A stretch of 63,970 nucleotides of DNA, counting the filler, from Klebsormidium nitens (lineage: Eukaryota; Plantae; Klebsormidiophyceae): NCBI GenBank assembly GCA_000708835.1. It is 6 parts of 6 records of this genome, joined end to end, with 100 filler letters (N's around TTAATTAATTAA, not from the genome) between each part and the next. Parts side by side here need not be neighbours in the genome. Positions count along the whole stretch, not along the records: positions 37,216 to 62,094 come from DF237463.1; 5 more parts are not named here. One strand, given 5' to 3'. The notes beneath the pieces were generated by a model. That model searched no databases, had not been told where the DNA came from, and was given only the letters and a program-made list of their open reading frames with translations. Each line of letters opens with the position of its first letter. Position 1 is the stretch's first letter. Positions 37,340 to 47,650 of this stretch are shown here, piece after piece. The translations under genes were made by a program, and so were the position numbers.

Positions 37340-40180
37340 TTACGTATGAGATTCGTAGCCAGATTTCAGACGAACCCCCGAAAGGCCTTTGAACTGTCCT
37401 CGAGATTGTACCTGGCTATCCGTGAATCGACCGTCTGCAACCACCCAATTCTTTTCTTCAGCATGCTCCAAGATGCGCTTTTTCAGCGCCGTTGCCGACA
37501 GAGAGCTTGTCAGATCTTCTTCCTTCAACCAAGCTCGGAACACCTCTCCGAGCCGTTCGCCAACGGCTAAGTGCCATGTCGCTCTTTCTCCGGCTTGAAT
37601 ATCTTCGAAGTCGAGACAATCGACGATCCATCGCCTAGCAATGTCCGAATCGTTGATGTATGCTTTAACAGCTTCCTCCATGACACGAGGTCTGCGCATT
37701 AGTGGTAGCGTGTTGGGATTCGCTCGCTTGAATTCATGATAACGTTTTGCTCCCTCTGTGTACCAAGAAAGACCCTCATCTCGACCTTGGTCGCTTTTCA
37801 AGTAGGTTTCCAATGTTGTATCGATAAGCTTTTGGCGTGGTTTGCTAGAGTCAAGCTTTTCGGGAGGTAAGAAAGTGACCAACATCGGGAGTAGTGCCAA
37901 GCGTCGGGTGACACAGTAGGATACGTTCTGAAGAATAGGCTTGTAGTTCGTGTTGAGGACGGTTTTCACAGTAAGCTCAAATGTCTCCTGCCTGCTATGC
38001 AGCTCGCGCCCTGTAGTGGTCCCCCCGCTTGATAGGGCTTTCATTGCGGCTTCATTCAAGACTGCTTTCTCTCCCGACTCGTCGGTCTCCGCGAGACGCC
38101 CGCCTCGAAGAGCCATGATGTGGCTCGAAGCCGCGCCAGCCGACCGCTTACCGGCTTCAATGATGCAGTCTTCCGACATAACGACAGCGTAACTGCCTAG
38201 AACTTCGAGACTTGCCAGCTTTGTCAACGATTTTCCATTAGCTCCATTGCCTTGCTTGACAAGGAACAATTGTTCACTCATATCTGCGGTCATACAATAG
38301 CCGCAGAAGAGCTGATACCATTCGAGTACTTCTCTGTCATCGTTGAAACAATCAAGCAGGAACCTCTCGAATCGGCTTTCGGCCTTGGGCATTCCACGAA
38401 AAGTTGCTTTCGATGCGCGCGAACACAAATGAGCAGGATGAAATGCGAGCAACTTTCCGCTCTCGGTGTTAATGACGCCGTTCTGACAGGCAAACAGGAA
38501 CGGATTGGCGATATCAATCATCTCGCTGAGAGGTTGGGGAGCCTGCAAGGAGTTCACGACAAATTCAAGACATACACGAACCTCGGATCCCCGTGTCAGA
38601 TCCACCACATCTCGCTTCGTTGGGAAAGGATACGTTTTGTTGACCACCCTCCACGCAGTGCTGCATGCTTTTCTTTCTTCTTCGGTTGTTGGGTTCAATG
38701 CCCAATCTGGAAGAACTGGTTCTGGCGTTGATAAGACGTTCTGCTCTGTTGCAGAGCCTCTCATATGTGCGCAAATCTCCCGTTTGAAAGCATTCAATCT
38801 CTGTTTCGAATACCAGGTCATGATACGAGCCATGTGGTTGCTGAAGACGGTTTGTATATGGAACGCGTTATCGACTATCCATCTGCGGCCGTTCCAATAG
38901 TGAAAGCATTTGCCCTCAGCAATGATGCGTCCGTCGACGAGATACATGGCTGAGAAGATCGCAGCCATTCCTCGATAGCGCTGCGTCACATTACGCCGAA
39001 TAAGATTCATTTGTGCTTCCACGGCATCCTGCGACAGCGTTCTCATATTGTTTGGAAAGGTACTCCAGTCATGAGTTGGGTGCAAACGTACAGGATTGGC
39101 ATCCAACAACGACACTGGTATTGGAATATTGCCGAGCTCCGTGAGAGGCTTCTCCTTGCATTCAGAGCCAAAGCATCGATAGAATATCGTCCATCCTCGC
39201 TTCACGAGCGTCAGGTTGTTGCTACCAGTGTGGTGATGACCATGTATGCAGGTTCGAGGACCATGACAGATGAACGAATAGAGCATACCATATGGACCAC
39301 GGGAGGTCACGCTGCCAGAAAAGCGAACATTTGCGTCGAGTCCAGCGTCCTGTAACAACTGCATCATCGCATCAGCAATCTTCTCGTGCTCGAGTGCTTG
39401 TCTATTGTGTGTGTCATTGGTACCCACTTCCATTTGCATTGCTTCTTCGACAGTGCTTGATTCAAGCCCCCTTGTTTGCTCGGAATCAACACCGTTTGCC
39501 GGCAAATCTTGGGTTCGATCGCTCGAAGTCGACACGAAACTCTTGTTTGCAGATCTCCCAGCAAAATCGTTGAGGAATTGGATCACCCATGATGGAGCTG
39601 GTCGGATGTTTGTCCTTAAGGGTTGTGCGCACCAGGTGTAATTCAATCCAATCTCAGGTGAGCCTGGCGGGGCCAGAACGATGCCTCCATCTCCACGGCC
39701 ATCGATCCCGAAATACTGACCCTCATAGTCCACTCCAGCAAAACACTTTCCTGATTGGAGTCCGTTTTTGAGTGATCCACCATACGAGAAGTAATAATGG
39801 AGCCCCCCGCTTGCAGAAATGGCCTTTAGAGTATCTGGATCTCCGTGTTCCGCAATCAATCTATTCCAGAGAGGCATGCCAGCTTGAAGATCTTTCTCTG
39901 GTTTGTCTCGTGTGTCTATGTCAAGCACGAAGATGTCCGAAATGGCTCCCGTCTTGATTGCCAAGAAGTTGTATCGTTCTATTTCAATCTTTTCCATGAT
40001 GCGATCCCGCGCCAAACTCCAATCCGACGCCGTTCTTATTGCGTGATTGCCCTTCGTATGCGGCATAGTTCCAAGAATCTCCTTCGATCCTTTGCCCGTC
40101 GCTCTAACTTTTGCGGGAACAGCATATAGTCCCTCTCTTGCATACGCGTCTAAGACGTGCGCAATCGAATCCGTTGCCAT
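37340..40180 (-). CDS. Bifunctional primase-polymerase (AEP Prim-Pol) fused to a D5-like SF3 helicase, intact and intronless (~946 aa)
   Basis: AIKTGAISDIFVLDID, SASGGLHYYF, GIDGRGDGGIVLAPP; Cys/His segment CIHGHHH..YRCFGSEC; D5_N FACQNGVINTESGKL; Walker A GNGANGKS; Walker B LAETDES; motif C LNTNYKP; TRRL. The likely ATG is 40180, and the ORF is open to 40390. Confidence 0.92.
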   Translation of the reverse strand: MATDSIAHVLDAYAREGLYAVPAKVRATGKGSKEILGTMPHTKGNHAIRTASDWSLARDRIMEKIEIERYNFLAIKTGAISDIFVLDIDTRDKPEKDLQAGMPLWNRLIAEHGDPDTLKAISASGGLHYYFSYGGSLKNGLQSGKCFAGVDYEGQYFGIDGRGDGGIVLAPPGSPEIGLNYTWCAQPLRTNIRPAPSWVIQFLNDFAGRSANKSFVSTSSDRTQDLPANGVDSEQTRGLESSTVEEAMQMEVGTNDTHNRQALEHEKIADAMMQLLQDAGLDANVRFSGSVTSRGPYGMLYSFICHGPRTCIHGHHHTGSNNLTLVKRGWTIFYRCFGSECKEKPLTELGNIPIPVSLLDANPVRLHPTHDWSTFPNNMRTLSQDAVEAQMNLIRRNVTQRYRGMAAIFSAMYLVDGRIIAEGKCFHYWNGRRWIVDNAFHIQTVFSNHMARIMTWYSKQRLNAFKREICAHMRGSATEQNVLSTPEPVLPDWALNPTTEEERKACSTAWRVVNKTYPFPTKRDVVDLTRGSEVRVCLEFVVNSLQAPQPLSEMIDIANPFLFACQNGVINTESGKLLAFHPAHLCSRASKATFRGMPKAESRFERFLLDCFNDDREVLEWYQLFCGYCMTADMSEQLFLVKQGNGANGKSLTKLASLEVLGSYAVVMSEDCIIEAGKRSAGAASSHIMALRGGRLAETDESGEKAVLNEAAMKALSSGGTTTGRELHSRQETFELTVKTVLNTNYKPILQNVSYCVTRRLALLPMLVTFLPPEKLDSSKPRQKLIDTTLETYLKSDQGRDEGLSWYTEGAKRYHEFKRANPNTLPLMRRPRVMEEAVKAYINDSDIARRWIVDCLDFEDIQAGERATWHLAVGERLGEVFRAWLKEEDLTSSLSATALKKRILEHAEEKNWVVADGRFTDSQVQSRGQFKGLSGVRLKSGYESHT

Positions 40181-40304
40181 GCTTTTCCACAGACCGAAGG
40201 AGGTTCGGAGCCCCCTTATATTTTCAACCCCAGAAAATTTTGTTTGACATGGAACGCGGCACTCGACGGAGCCCACGCTTGCAGAGACGTGTTGGTTAGT
40301 ACGA

Positions 40305-40541
40305 CTAAATCCAAGGAAGAGCAATCTGTGCCTCATAAAGTCGCTGCCTCGTCCGTCTACTTGTCTTGCTTCCTTTCGCAATTCGTTCAAGAGCCTTCTT
40401 CAAGAGAATCTCATCCTTGTGTACTTGATAGTAACTCTTTGAATATTCTCTTTTCTTCGCCTGATGCTCGTTCTTATAGATGCTCGCCTCCAAACAAGCA
40501 GCACACGCGGTCGATCCATGATTGTGATTCGTCGATTCCAT
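40305..40541 (-). CDS. Small basic putative DNA-binding protein (~78 aa)
   Basis: MESTNHNHGSTACAACLEAS..KKREYSKSYYQVHKDEILLKK.. fills the space between the YR and the primase genes. The K/R-rich helix resembles those in small viral proteins. Confidence 0.55.
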   Translation of the reverse strand: MESTNHNHGSTACAACLEASIYKNEHQAKKREYSKSYYQVHKDEILLKKALERIAKGSKTSRRTRQRLYEAQIALPWI

Positions 40542-40637
40542 AGTTGGAGTGCAATTGAAGCCTCCTAATAATTCTAATATAGAAAAAGTGCTTCTCAAAG
40601 AACGCACACAAAGTGCAGACAGAAGACAATTGTCCAC

Positions 40638-41681
40638 TCATTCGAATCGTCTATTATAGAGTTCATCTGCAGTCCGCATGCTATGGCCCATGTATTGGGC
40701 CTTCGCTCTCACTTCACCACGGGACATCAACTTTGGGCTCTGTTCAGTATGTGAGATGTGTCGAAGCAAAGTGCAGCTGAGGTTTCTACCGAAATGGCGT
40801 TGACCAAGGTCGTTGAGAACTACGGTGAAATTTGATATCGGTTCATCTTTCCAGACGAGATAATGCCTCTTGAGGATCAAATGTTTTCTAGGAATCAGAT
40901 TGAAGGATCTGAGTATAACCTTCACGAGATCTTCGGGGATCTCAAGGCGACGAACTCCATCCTTTTCAAGAGTCTTGTGTCGACCAATATGAAAGAAACA
41001 CTTCTTGGGATCGTCGTTCAACTCGACGACGTTGATGTCACCCGGTTTGACCGCAACGCAATCATTCTCGTGTTCCCTCATGAAGAAGATGCATTCCGCG
41101 TACTCATTCCGTAAAGGTCCCAGCGGCATCGTGTAGAGTGCGAGGATCAGATGGTCTATCACCAGCTGCTTGTCATGGCGATCTAAGCGTTCCTTCTTCA
41201 GGAATCTCGGCACGACATAGCGATTGATTTGGTCGTCCAGTTCTGATCGCTTGTCTATAAGCTCGGACCAAGGAATCCAATTGTTGACTTCTTTTGGCGT
41301 CTTTCTCTGCATAGAGTGATCGAGCTCCTCCTCGGTTGGCTTCATCCTCTGCATGTACTTCGAGTAAGCCGATTGCGACTTTCCAGAAGCAAGAATAGCG
41401 AAAGGGGCTGCATAATTACTCTTCGTCAATGATTTAAGGAGCTTGCCATCACGCGACGTGAGACTCTCTATGGTCGAAATCACCTGCTCGTGGTCCTCGA
41501 TCCAGTCGAGACTGTTCATCACGCCCGGCCCAAAGTCTCCAGCCGCATATACGGTTTTAAGTTGCCTGATGTAAACAGACACTGTTGTATCTGATCTGTT
41601 TGGCGGAGCTCCACGGAGAACCTTATCCGGAGATTGGACCTTCAGTTTTCTGCGTACCTCTGCTTCGAAGTTGGAATCCAT
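40638..41681 (-). CDS. Tyrosine recombinase/integrase (PLV-type), catalytic residues intact
   Basis: PLRNEY (R), GRHKT (K), TLLRHISH (second R), MGHS (H) and ADELY (Y) near the C-terminus; N-terminal core-binding-like region TTVSVYIRQL. Confidence 0.85.
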   Translation of the reverse strand: MDSNFEAEVRRKLKVQSPDKVLRGAPPNRSDTTVSVYIRQLKTVYAAGDFGPGVMNSLDWIEDHEQVISTIESLTSRDGKLLKSLTKSNYAAPFAILASGKSQSAYSKYMQRMKPTEEELDHSMQRKTPKEVNNWIPWSELIDKRSELDDQINRYVVPRFLKKERLDRHDKQLVIDHLILALYTMPLGPLRNEYAECIFFMREHENDCVAVKPGDINVVELNDDPKKCFFHIGRHKTLEKDGVRRLEIPEDLVKVILRSFNLIPRKHLILKRHYLVWKDEPISNFTVVLNDLGQRHFGRNLSCTLLRHISHTEQSPKLMSRGEVRAKAQYMGHSMRTADELYNRRFE

Positions 41682-41743
41682 CGCCGTGAAACTGCCTCGT
41701 TGTTACTAATCTTCACAGATATTTTTTGTAAGATACGAACGTA

Positions 41744-42559
41744 TCAGAGTCGATCTGGATTGAAGCGCTTTCCATTGTACTGGATCTTGCTCAGGAACAT
41801 GGACCAGTTACTAGCAGACATAGCCGTCTGCGGCTGAGTGATCGAAGTCAAGAAGTGATCTCGAGGTATCAATCGCAGGGTCCGATGAAGATACTTGCTC
41901 AGCATCTTCGATAGAGGGATTCGATCCCCATCTTTGAAGACGAGTTTGTAATCTCCCTTGCGTCGTGAGGTCTGCAGCAAATAGCTCGCACCCTCGATCT
42001 GTTGGCCCTTCGGCATGATTGGAAGCTCGTGCACTTTTACCCGACGACGATGCTCCTTACTCAAGAGCATATGCCATTCGAGGACGAGATGCCACATACA
42101 GAGCTTCACCTCCTTAGGAGTGAGATCTCGATCCATGTCCTCGAGACTCAACTGTCTGACCTTGCGAGCGAGCTTCTTTCCGAATGTCTCGATCTCTTCA
42201 ACGGTCATCTCTGATCTGGCGTCCAAGGTCTTGGTCTCAATCTTTCGTTGAGCGGACTCCTTTAGGGCCTTGTTTTCCTTCCGAAACGGCTCATAATAAG
42301 TTTGATAAGCCTCCACATAACCGAGTTTGCGGCAAATAGCAAGAAAAGGGGCCAAACGAGTACGCCTGGATCCAGGGTTATCATAGCGCTCTAGAACAGC
42401 TGCGACGATCTTCTGAGCCTTGGTCTTTATCCACGAGGGGTCTTCGGGCATCTTATCCTGGAACATCATGTTCCATAGAAGCTGAATCCCCTTGAGATAC
42501 TGCTCAGTGGAACTTTCGGTTCTGATCCCATCAGCTAAGACCTTTCGTAGGGTATCCAT
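41744..42559 (-). CDS. Degenerate tyrosine recombinase paralog (~271 aa) ending before the catalytic C-terminus
   Basis: Collinear with the 40638 YR by eye: SSTEQYLKGIQLLW/TTVSVYIRQLKTVY, PSWIK/LDWIE, APFLAI/APFAIL, HLVLEWH/HLILALY, LRLIPRDHFL/FNLIPRKHLI. TGA falls at the LLRH-equivalent Arg position. Confidence 0.75.
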   Translation of the reverse strand: MDTLRKVLADGIRTESSTEQYLKGIQLLWNMMFQDKMPEDPSWIKTKAQKIVAAVLERYDNPGSRRTRLAPFLAICRKLGYVEAYQTYYEPFRKENKALKESAQRKIETKTLDARSEMTVEEIETFGKKLARKVRQLSLEDMDRDLTPKEVKLCMWHLVLEWHMLLSKEHRRRVKVHELPIMPKGQQIEGASYLLQTSRRKGDYKLVFKDGDRIPLSKMLSKYLHRTLRLIPRDHFLTSITQPQTAMSASNWSMFLSKIQYNGKRFNPDRL

Positions 42560-42670
42560 AGTTATGACCTGCCTACGATGATGTAAGAAAATAATTTTAT
42601 AACGTCTCCCATTTTGCAACAAGTTATTTAAAAAAGGTTCGTCACAATAAAATGACGTCGAAACCTCTCC

Positions 42671-42769
42671 TAAACGTTTATTTTCTTGAAACTGCGTGCG
42701 GGGGGCGGAAAATTGTTGAGAAATCTCGAGATTTTTCAAGAGAATAACTAGTTATTTCAATAGCACGTG
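42671..42769. promoter_or_regulatory. AT-rich palindrome cluster upstream of the YR pair (candidate promoter, att site or origin)
   Basis: TAAACGTTTA (42671-80), 24-bp TTGAGAAATCTCGAGATTTTTCAA with 1 mismatch (42716-39), AATAACTAGTTATT (42743-56) and CACGTG (42764-69). Confidence 0.5.
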
Positions 42770-42949
42770 ACACTTTTTTGCTGGCCTCTCCACATGCGCT
42801 TCATTCCACTAACTCTGCTTGTGGTGGAGGCAATTTTGAAATCATCATACAGCAGAGCAAAAGACGTCGTACATAAGGCCAGGCTCCAAACCAGATGATT
42901 TCATGAAGCATGGAGCTAGGATCATGTTTTATCTGCAGGCCAGCATTTT

Positions 42950-45900
42950 AGTATATACCTAATGTAGATAGTAGATATTTCTCATCAGGTAGCTTTGGCG
43001 CGTGTGCTGCTTCCTCGAAGCTCTTTCCACACAGACACACGTTCTCCTCTGTCCGATGCTTCTGCTTTTCACAAGCTTCTTCAAAGGCGGCATAATCCAC
43101 AAGTCTTTATTCCGCTCAGAGGTGAGAAATTGGTGTTGCTGCTTTTTGACTGCTTGCAGATAAGGTTATTTTCATGAAAGCTACATTCTTCCTCCTTCTC
43201 CATTCTTTCTTGTTTTCGAATCTTGTCTTTCTGAGAATTTTTGAACAATCTGTTTCGATCCGCATTGTGTTGCTTTCCATAATGTCCGAGCTGCTATTGC
43301 AAGTTTGGACATCTGGTTCCGTTGATGGAAATAAGTTGTCACAAAAGCCAACACAATGCTGATGCTTAATATTGTTCAGCAGGCTCTTTTCAAAATGCTT
43401 ATTAAGCCTCAAGGTCAAACATGCCTATGTGCAGAAGGGGGTCCTGCAGCCTTAACTACCTGCAAGGCAGGCGGCTTAGAATGCATGTCAGCAAAAATTT
43501 TTACTACCATACTCTGAATGCTTGCTTTGCTTGACTGTTCTGCTTCCTCGCCGTAGAGCAGCTGGTGAAAATCGTAGATTGATACGGCCCCGACACGCTC
43601 CCTGTAAATTGCCGATCGGATGCCTTTCGTAGAAAGGCGTCAGAACCGTAGCATTGAGGCTCTCGCACCTCAAGCTCGAAGAGAAGAGCGTTGGCGGCCC
43701 TCTTGAGCGCAATTCCACGATGTTCCGCATAGACCATGCTAAGATCTCCTGAGTTGCCCAGAGACCGAAGCCTCTCACACTCCAAGGCCCACAGATGCTC
43801 CGTAGCATCAAGGAGCGTCGACAGAGGGGACCGACCGGAGGCGCTAGGGCAGTTGGCACTCGGTTCCAAGCAGAGGAGGTTGGTCGCGTAGATGTCCCGA
43901 AGGAGCGGACGCAGTGCTGCTGCAAAGGCGTACAGTCGAGGACCCGTTTGCACTTCACCAATTGCGTGCAGCCGGAGAATGGCTGCTAGAATCGGCCCAT
44001 TGTTGGCGAGGTAAGCAAGTCCTCGCTCGTCAACTGGCCCCTCGAGCAACAGGTGTCGAAGCAGCTTTAGCGTCAAGATGTTGCCAAACACCCACCTGTA
44101 GCGGGGTATCAGGAGGGCGTGCAGGAGGGCCGTGTATGGCTTGAAATGGGTCGGGCACCAACCCGTGGGCGCCACAGGGCCCCCCTTCAGCACCCCGTCC
44201 ATCCACGGTCGACGCGCGACCATCCAGACCGCACAAGTCTTAGGGTCGGCGCAAATCGCGGATTCCGTCGCAAGGTCGATCGGGGTCCCCACGTTTGCCG
44301 GCAACCTCTGACGCATGGCCACAAATACCTCCGCCAAGAGAGGCGTGTTTGACCCTTGAGCAGGCGCCTTGCGAAAAGTTGCACCCTCGGAGGCCGCAGC
44401 TCGTACGGCCGGCTTCAGCTCAGACAACCCGTTCCTGAACTTCCAAGGGCAGTCGATACCCTCAAGCGGGTCGTTTGAAGGCCGCACCCCACTGATGCTG
44501 AAAGGAGTGAAACCCCCTGCCACGTGAGGTGCCTCTGGGTCCGGCTCGCAGATGCTATGCAACGTGGCTTCCGTGCTGTCCCGCATAGCACTTGAGTTGG
44601 GAAAAACGTCCCGTCAAAGTGACAACTTTGTCGCGACTGAACATACAAATTGCCAGATTTGAGGTGGACCCCTCGGTTCGCTCCGGTTTGAGAGGGCAAC
44701 TAGCTCTCTCTGCCTCAGCCTCGGCAGCTTGCACCTCAGACGTGTACAGATGAGCACAATTGGGACGTCCGCAGACGTGCTGGATCCGAGACCGGGCTGC
44801 CAAGTCGTTGAAGGCTTGCATCGCTACGTCGAAGACGCAATCGTCTAGCATAAGAGCGTCCGGCCCTTCGAGACTCATGGTTGCCATGTTGTTGGCGTCA
44901 AAGTTGAGGCTGTATGATGCTCCAAGGGCCGCCGCAAAGTGATTGCGCAGCAAGAGGCCGTGCGAAATGAGCCGCCATGTCGGAGAAGTTGAATATGCCA
45001 TCTTCCTGTTCAAGAATGGAACATGGACATGATGCATTCGAATGGAACTCCTCAAAAATTTATAGAATATATGAGCAATTAAGATATGGAATCAAATGAG
45101 AGGTTTGCATCTGTTCTGAGCATCTGTGCAAGAATGGACAACTCGCCCTTGGTGGAATAGCAGCCTCCGCGTCAACCAGCAAAGAAACTCAAGCCGCTGA
45201 TGGAAGTTTGATGGATGAATTTCTGGTCCCGTCGAATGGTGCACCCGGCCCACGGACATTTCTCATGGTTCCTCCTCAGCCTTGCCGACTCTGCGGCCTT
45301 CAGTTCACCATCCTACAATGGCCGATGTCTCCCAATGTGGGCTCGTGGTTTGCAAGAAGTGCCTCCATGCACGGTAGGAATCACACCCTCAGCCTACCGA
45401 CTAGAAGAATGCTGTCATCCCATTGGTCCACCATATTCCCCTGGTAGGGTCTAGAAATTGTACGTAAAGAGAAGGGCTTTAATCACTTTAAGTAGTCCGG
45501 AACTGCCTCAAGACTCAAGGGTAAAGGACGTGACCCTAGCCTTTAAGTACCGGAGCCACTCCGTACGCCACGCGCGCTGCTCGCGCACATTCGCAAGGGC
45601 ATGTGCCAATCCTAGTATGCTACCATGGCTACGTTGAAATTAACCGTCGGGCGAATACGGCGGACTCTTCCCGTGACTCTAACTACGGTGTCTTCCCCCC
45701 GGGCTCTTTCAGCCCCGAAATGTTTAGAGCAAGTGCCCGGTAAAACCGATTGCCCTGTAGTAGCAGTTTTAGTTGCTTTCGATTGCACTAACTAATTTCA
45801 TGCCACAATGGTCGTCGCGGCGATGGCGATTTCCGTCCAAGTAGCGCACTCCTCGGATGATAGGGGTCTCGACTTGGTGCCGTAGCCATTGCTGTGCCCT

Positions 45901-46317
45901 GTGGCAGGTTCGGAGCTTTCCTACACGGCGATCTGGCCGCCGCCCCTTTGCTCCAAGTCTCTCGACTCTCGGAAACGACGCGAGCTGCGCGCGCACTCGC
46001 GCCACGATTTCAACAACAGCACCAACCGTGCACAGAACTTCACGTGCACCAAATTTCACGGCGGAACGACAAAGTGATGCAGTCCACATCTTATTATACT
46101 CGGAAGCGAAGTTTTCCCGTGTCATATGGAGGGTGCCTCGGATCCCGGAAGGTATGGGTGGGGAGAGAGGGCGCGACAACACTACGGTAGCCCGGTTCCA
46201 AAAAGCGCAGTTCATTTTGCCCGGGGCCGCAAAGTCCGGGGCCTGTGCATCGAGCGGTGCCACGTAAAATGTACGGACTCGCGCTGACCAATGGGAAGTA
46301 GGGACCCAATATACCAC
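42950..46317 (-). pseudogene. Fragmented Cys-rich gene, possibly KDZ/CxC (HMGXB3-like) transposase-related
   Basis: Co-oriented pieces at 45769-46317, ~45200-45300 (KCPWAGC), 44555-45055 (EQEDGIFNFSD/LISHGLLLRN..AMQAFNDL..HVCGRPNC), 43504-44586 and ~42950-43070 (VCLCG). The resemblance to CxC-type proteins is from memory only. Confidence 0.35.
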
Positions 46318-47119
46318 GTGGTATACAGTCTGACATAGCGGTACCCGGCATTGAGCCAGCGGTACTGCCTGGGTACTACCTGGTAGCTACTCAGTACCCA
46401 CCAGGCACGGGCAAATTTCAAGCAGGGAATTACTCACCTACGGTTCAACTTACCGGTACTGCCTAAGCTACCCTACCTTAGACCTACCTACCTACGGTCT
46501 GAATCAAGCTAGAGGCTAGGCTGGCCGGGGTTATTTTCCGCCGGTCACCTGCCAGGGGGACGCAAGGTTTAGGTAAGCTCCCGGGGCTGCGGTTTCCCGG
46601 TCTGGAGAGCCTAGCCTACCTAGGTTGCCTTGCTAGCCTAGCTACTGTCAGTGGTACCCGTAGCTACGGCTCGTTTGTGAGGTACGGCTCGACGGTTTAC
46701 TCGACTCGCAGTTTGAAATTTTCGTGACCGTTCCAGGCCTACCGGGCACACTGCCAGTCACGCGGGGGACTCCACTTGCAGCGCGGGACTGAACCGAATG
46801 TGTGCGGCATGAGACCATGAAAACTTAACACAGTAAGTGAATATTGGCAGGCGCTGCGGGCCTTGAGCCATACCTGCGTTAAAAGTAAAAAGTTGAAATG
46901 CCGACTGGCGGTACGTATGGTCTGATTTGCAGCTTCAGACTTGGAATACGGTGAATTGCCGTGAGTCGCGGTACCCTACTGATTTGAGCTAGCGGTACCC
47001 GCGGTACCCGACCCAGGTTCCCAACAGTCCGGGGCTGCGGGTGCACGTGGTCTGACAATTCTGCCCAGCGGAAGGTCCAAGCTGAGGGCCCGGGCTTTGC
47101 CGGGACCTTGAAAGGGCCG

Positions 47120-47161
47120 AGTTAAAGTGCGCTTTTTGACAACTTGATGGTCAATGTAGTG
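47120..47161. repeat. Shared 42-bp element end terminating in TGTAGTG (CACTA-like terminus); second copy at 63627-63668
   Basis: AGTTAAAGTGCGCTTTTTGACAAC(TT/GG)GATGGTCAATGTAGTG is 40/42 identical between the two sites. Homology stops right after TAGTG. Confidence 0.6.
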
Positions 47162-47650
47162 CAAAAGAAGTCACTAGCAGAATGAGCAGCAGGACGATCC
47201 CGGGGTGGTATGAAACCGGGGGAAAATACCGCACTCGCGAAATCACCAGCGGGAAAAAAACCCCTTCTCTGTAATATATGTAATTGAATATTTATGACGA
47301 AGATTTGAATATATACTAATTTATATCTATATTATTAACGCAAGGTTATAACATGCTAAGCAACCCTGCGGTTCTGGTTATGGCCGTGCTCCTTCAGAGT
47401 CCCATAACTTATAAGGGTGAAATTCACGTTAATGTGGTACGTACCGTATCAGACGTACCTGTTGAGACTAACGTGGCGGGCGGCGAGCAAGGCATTCCGT
47501 ACGCGGCGCCTAACTTCGAGTGCTGATGTCAACAAGAGGCTCAAGACTTCTGAGACGACTGCCCTGCAACAACAACAATCGGTATGAGGTTTTAAAAAGC
47601 TTCCTGCCTGTTTAGATCCAGCTGCTATTTCCTACACCAGCGACACAAAT

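Larger units (their letters stand above)
37215..42780 (-). mobile_element. Capsid-less Polinton-like-virus/transpoviron-like cassette (primase-helicase, small basic protein, two tyrosine recombinase homologs); termini undefined
   Basis: Four tightly packed, co-oriented, intronless ORFs in an otherwise intron-rich genome. No capsid, packaging ATPase or pPolB is recognisable. The left side abuts an assembly gap. Confidence 0.7.
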
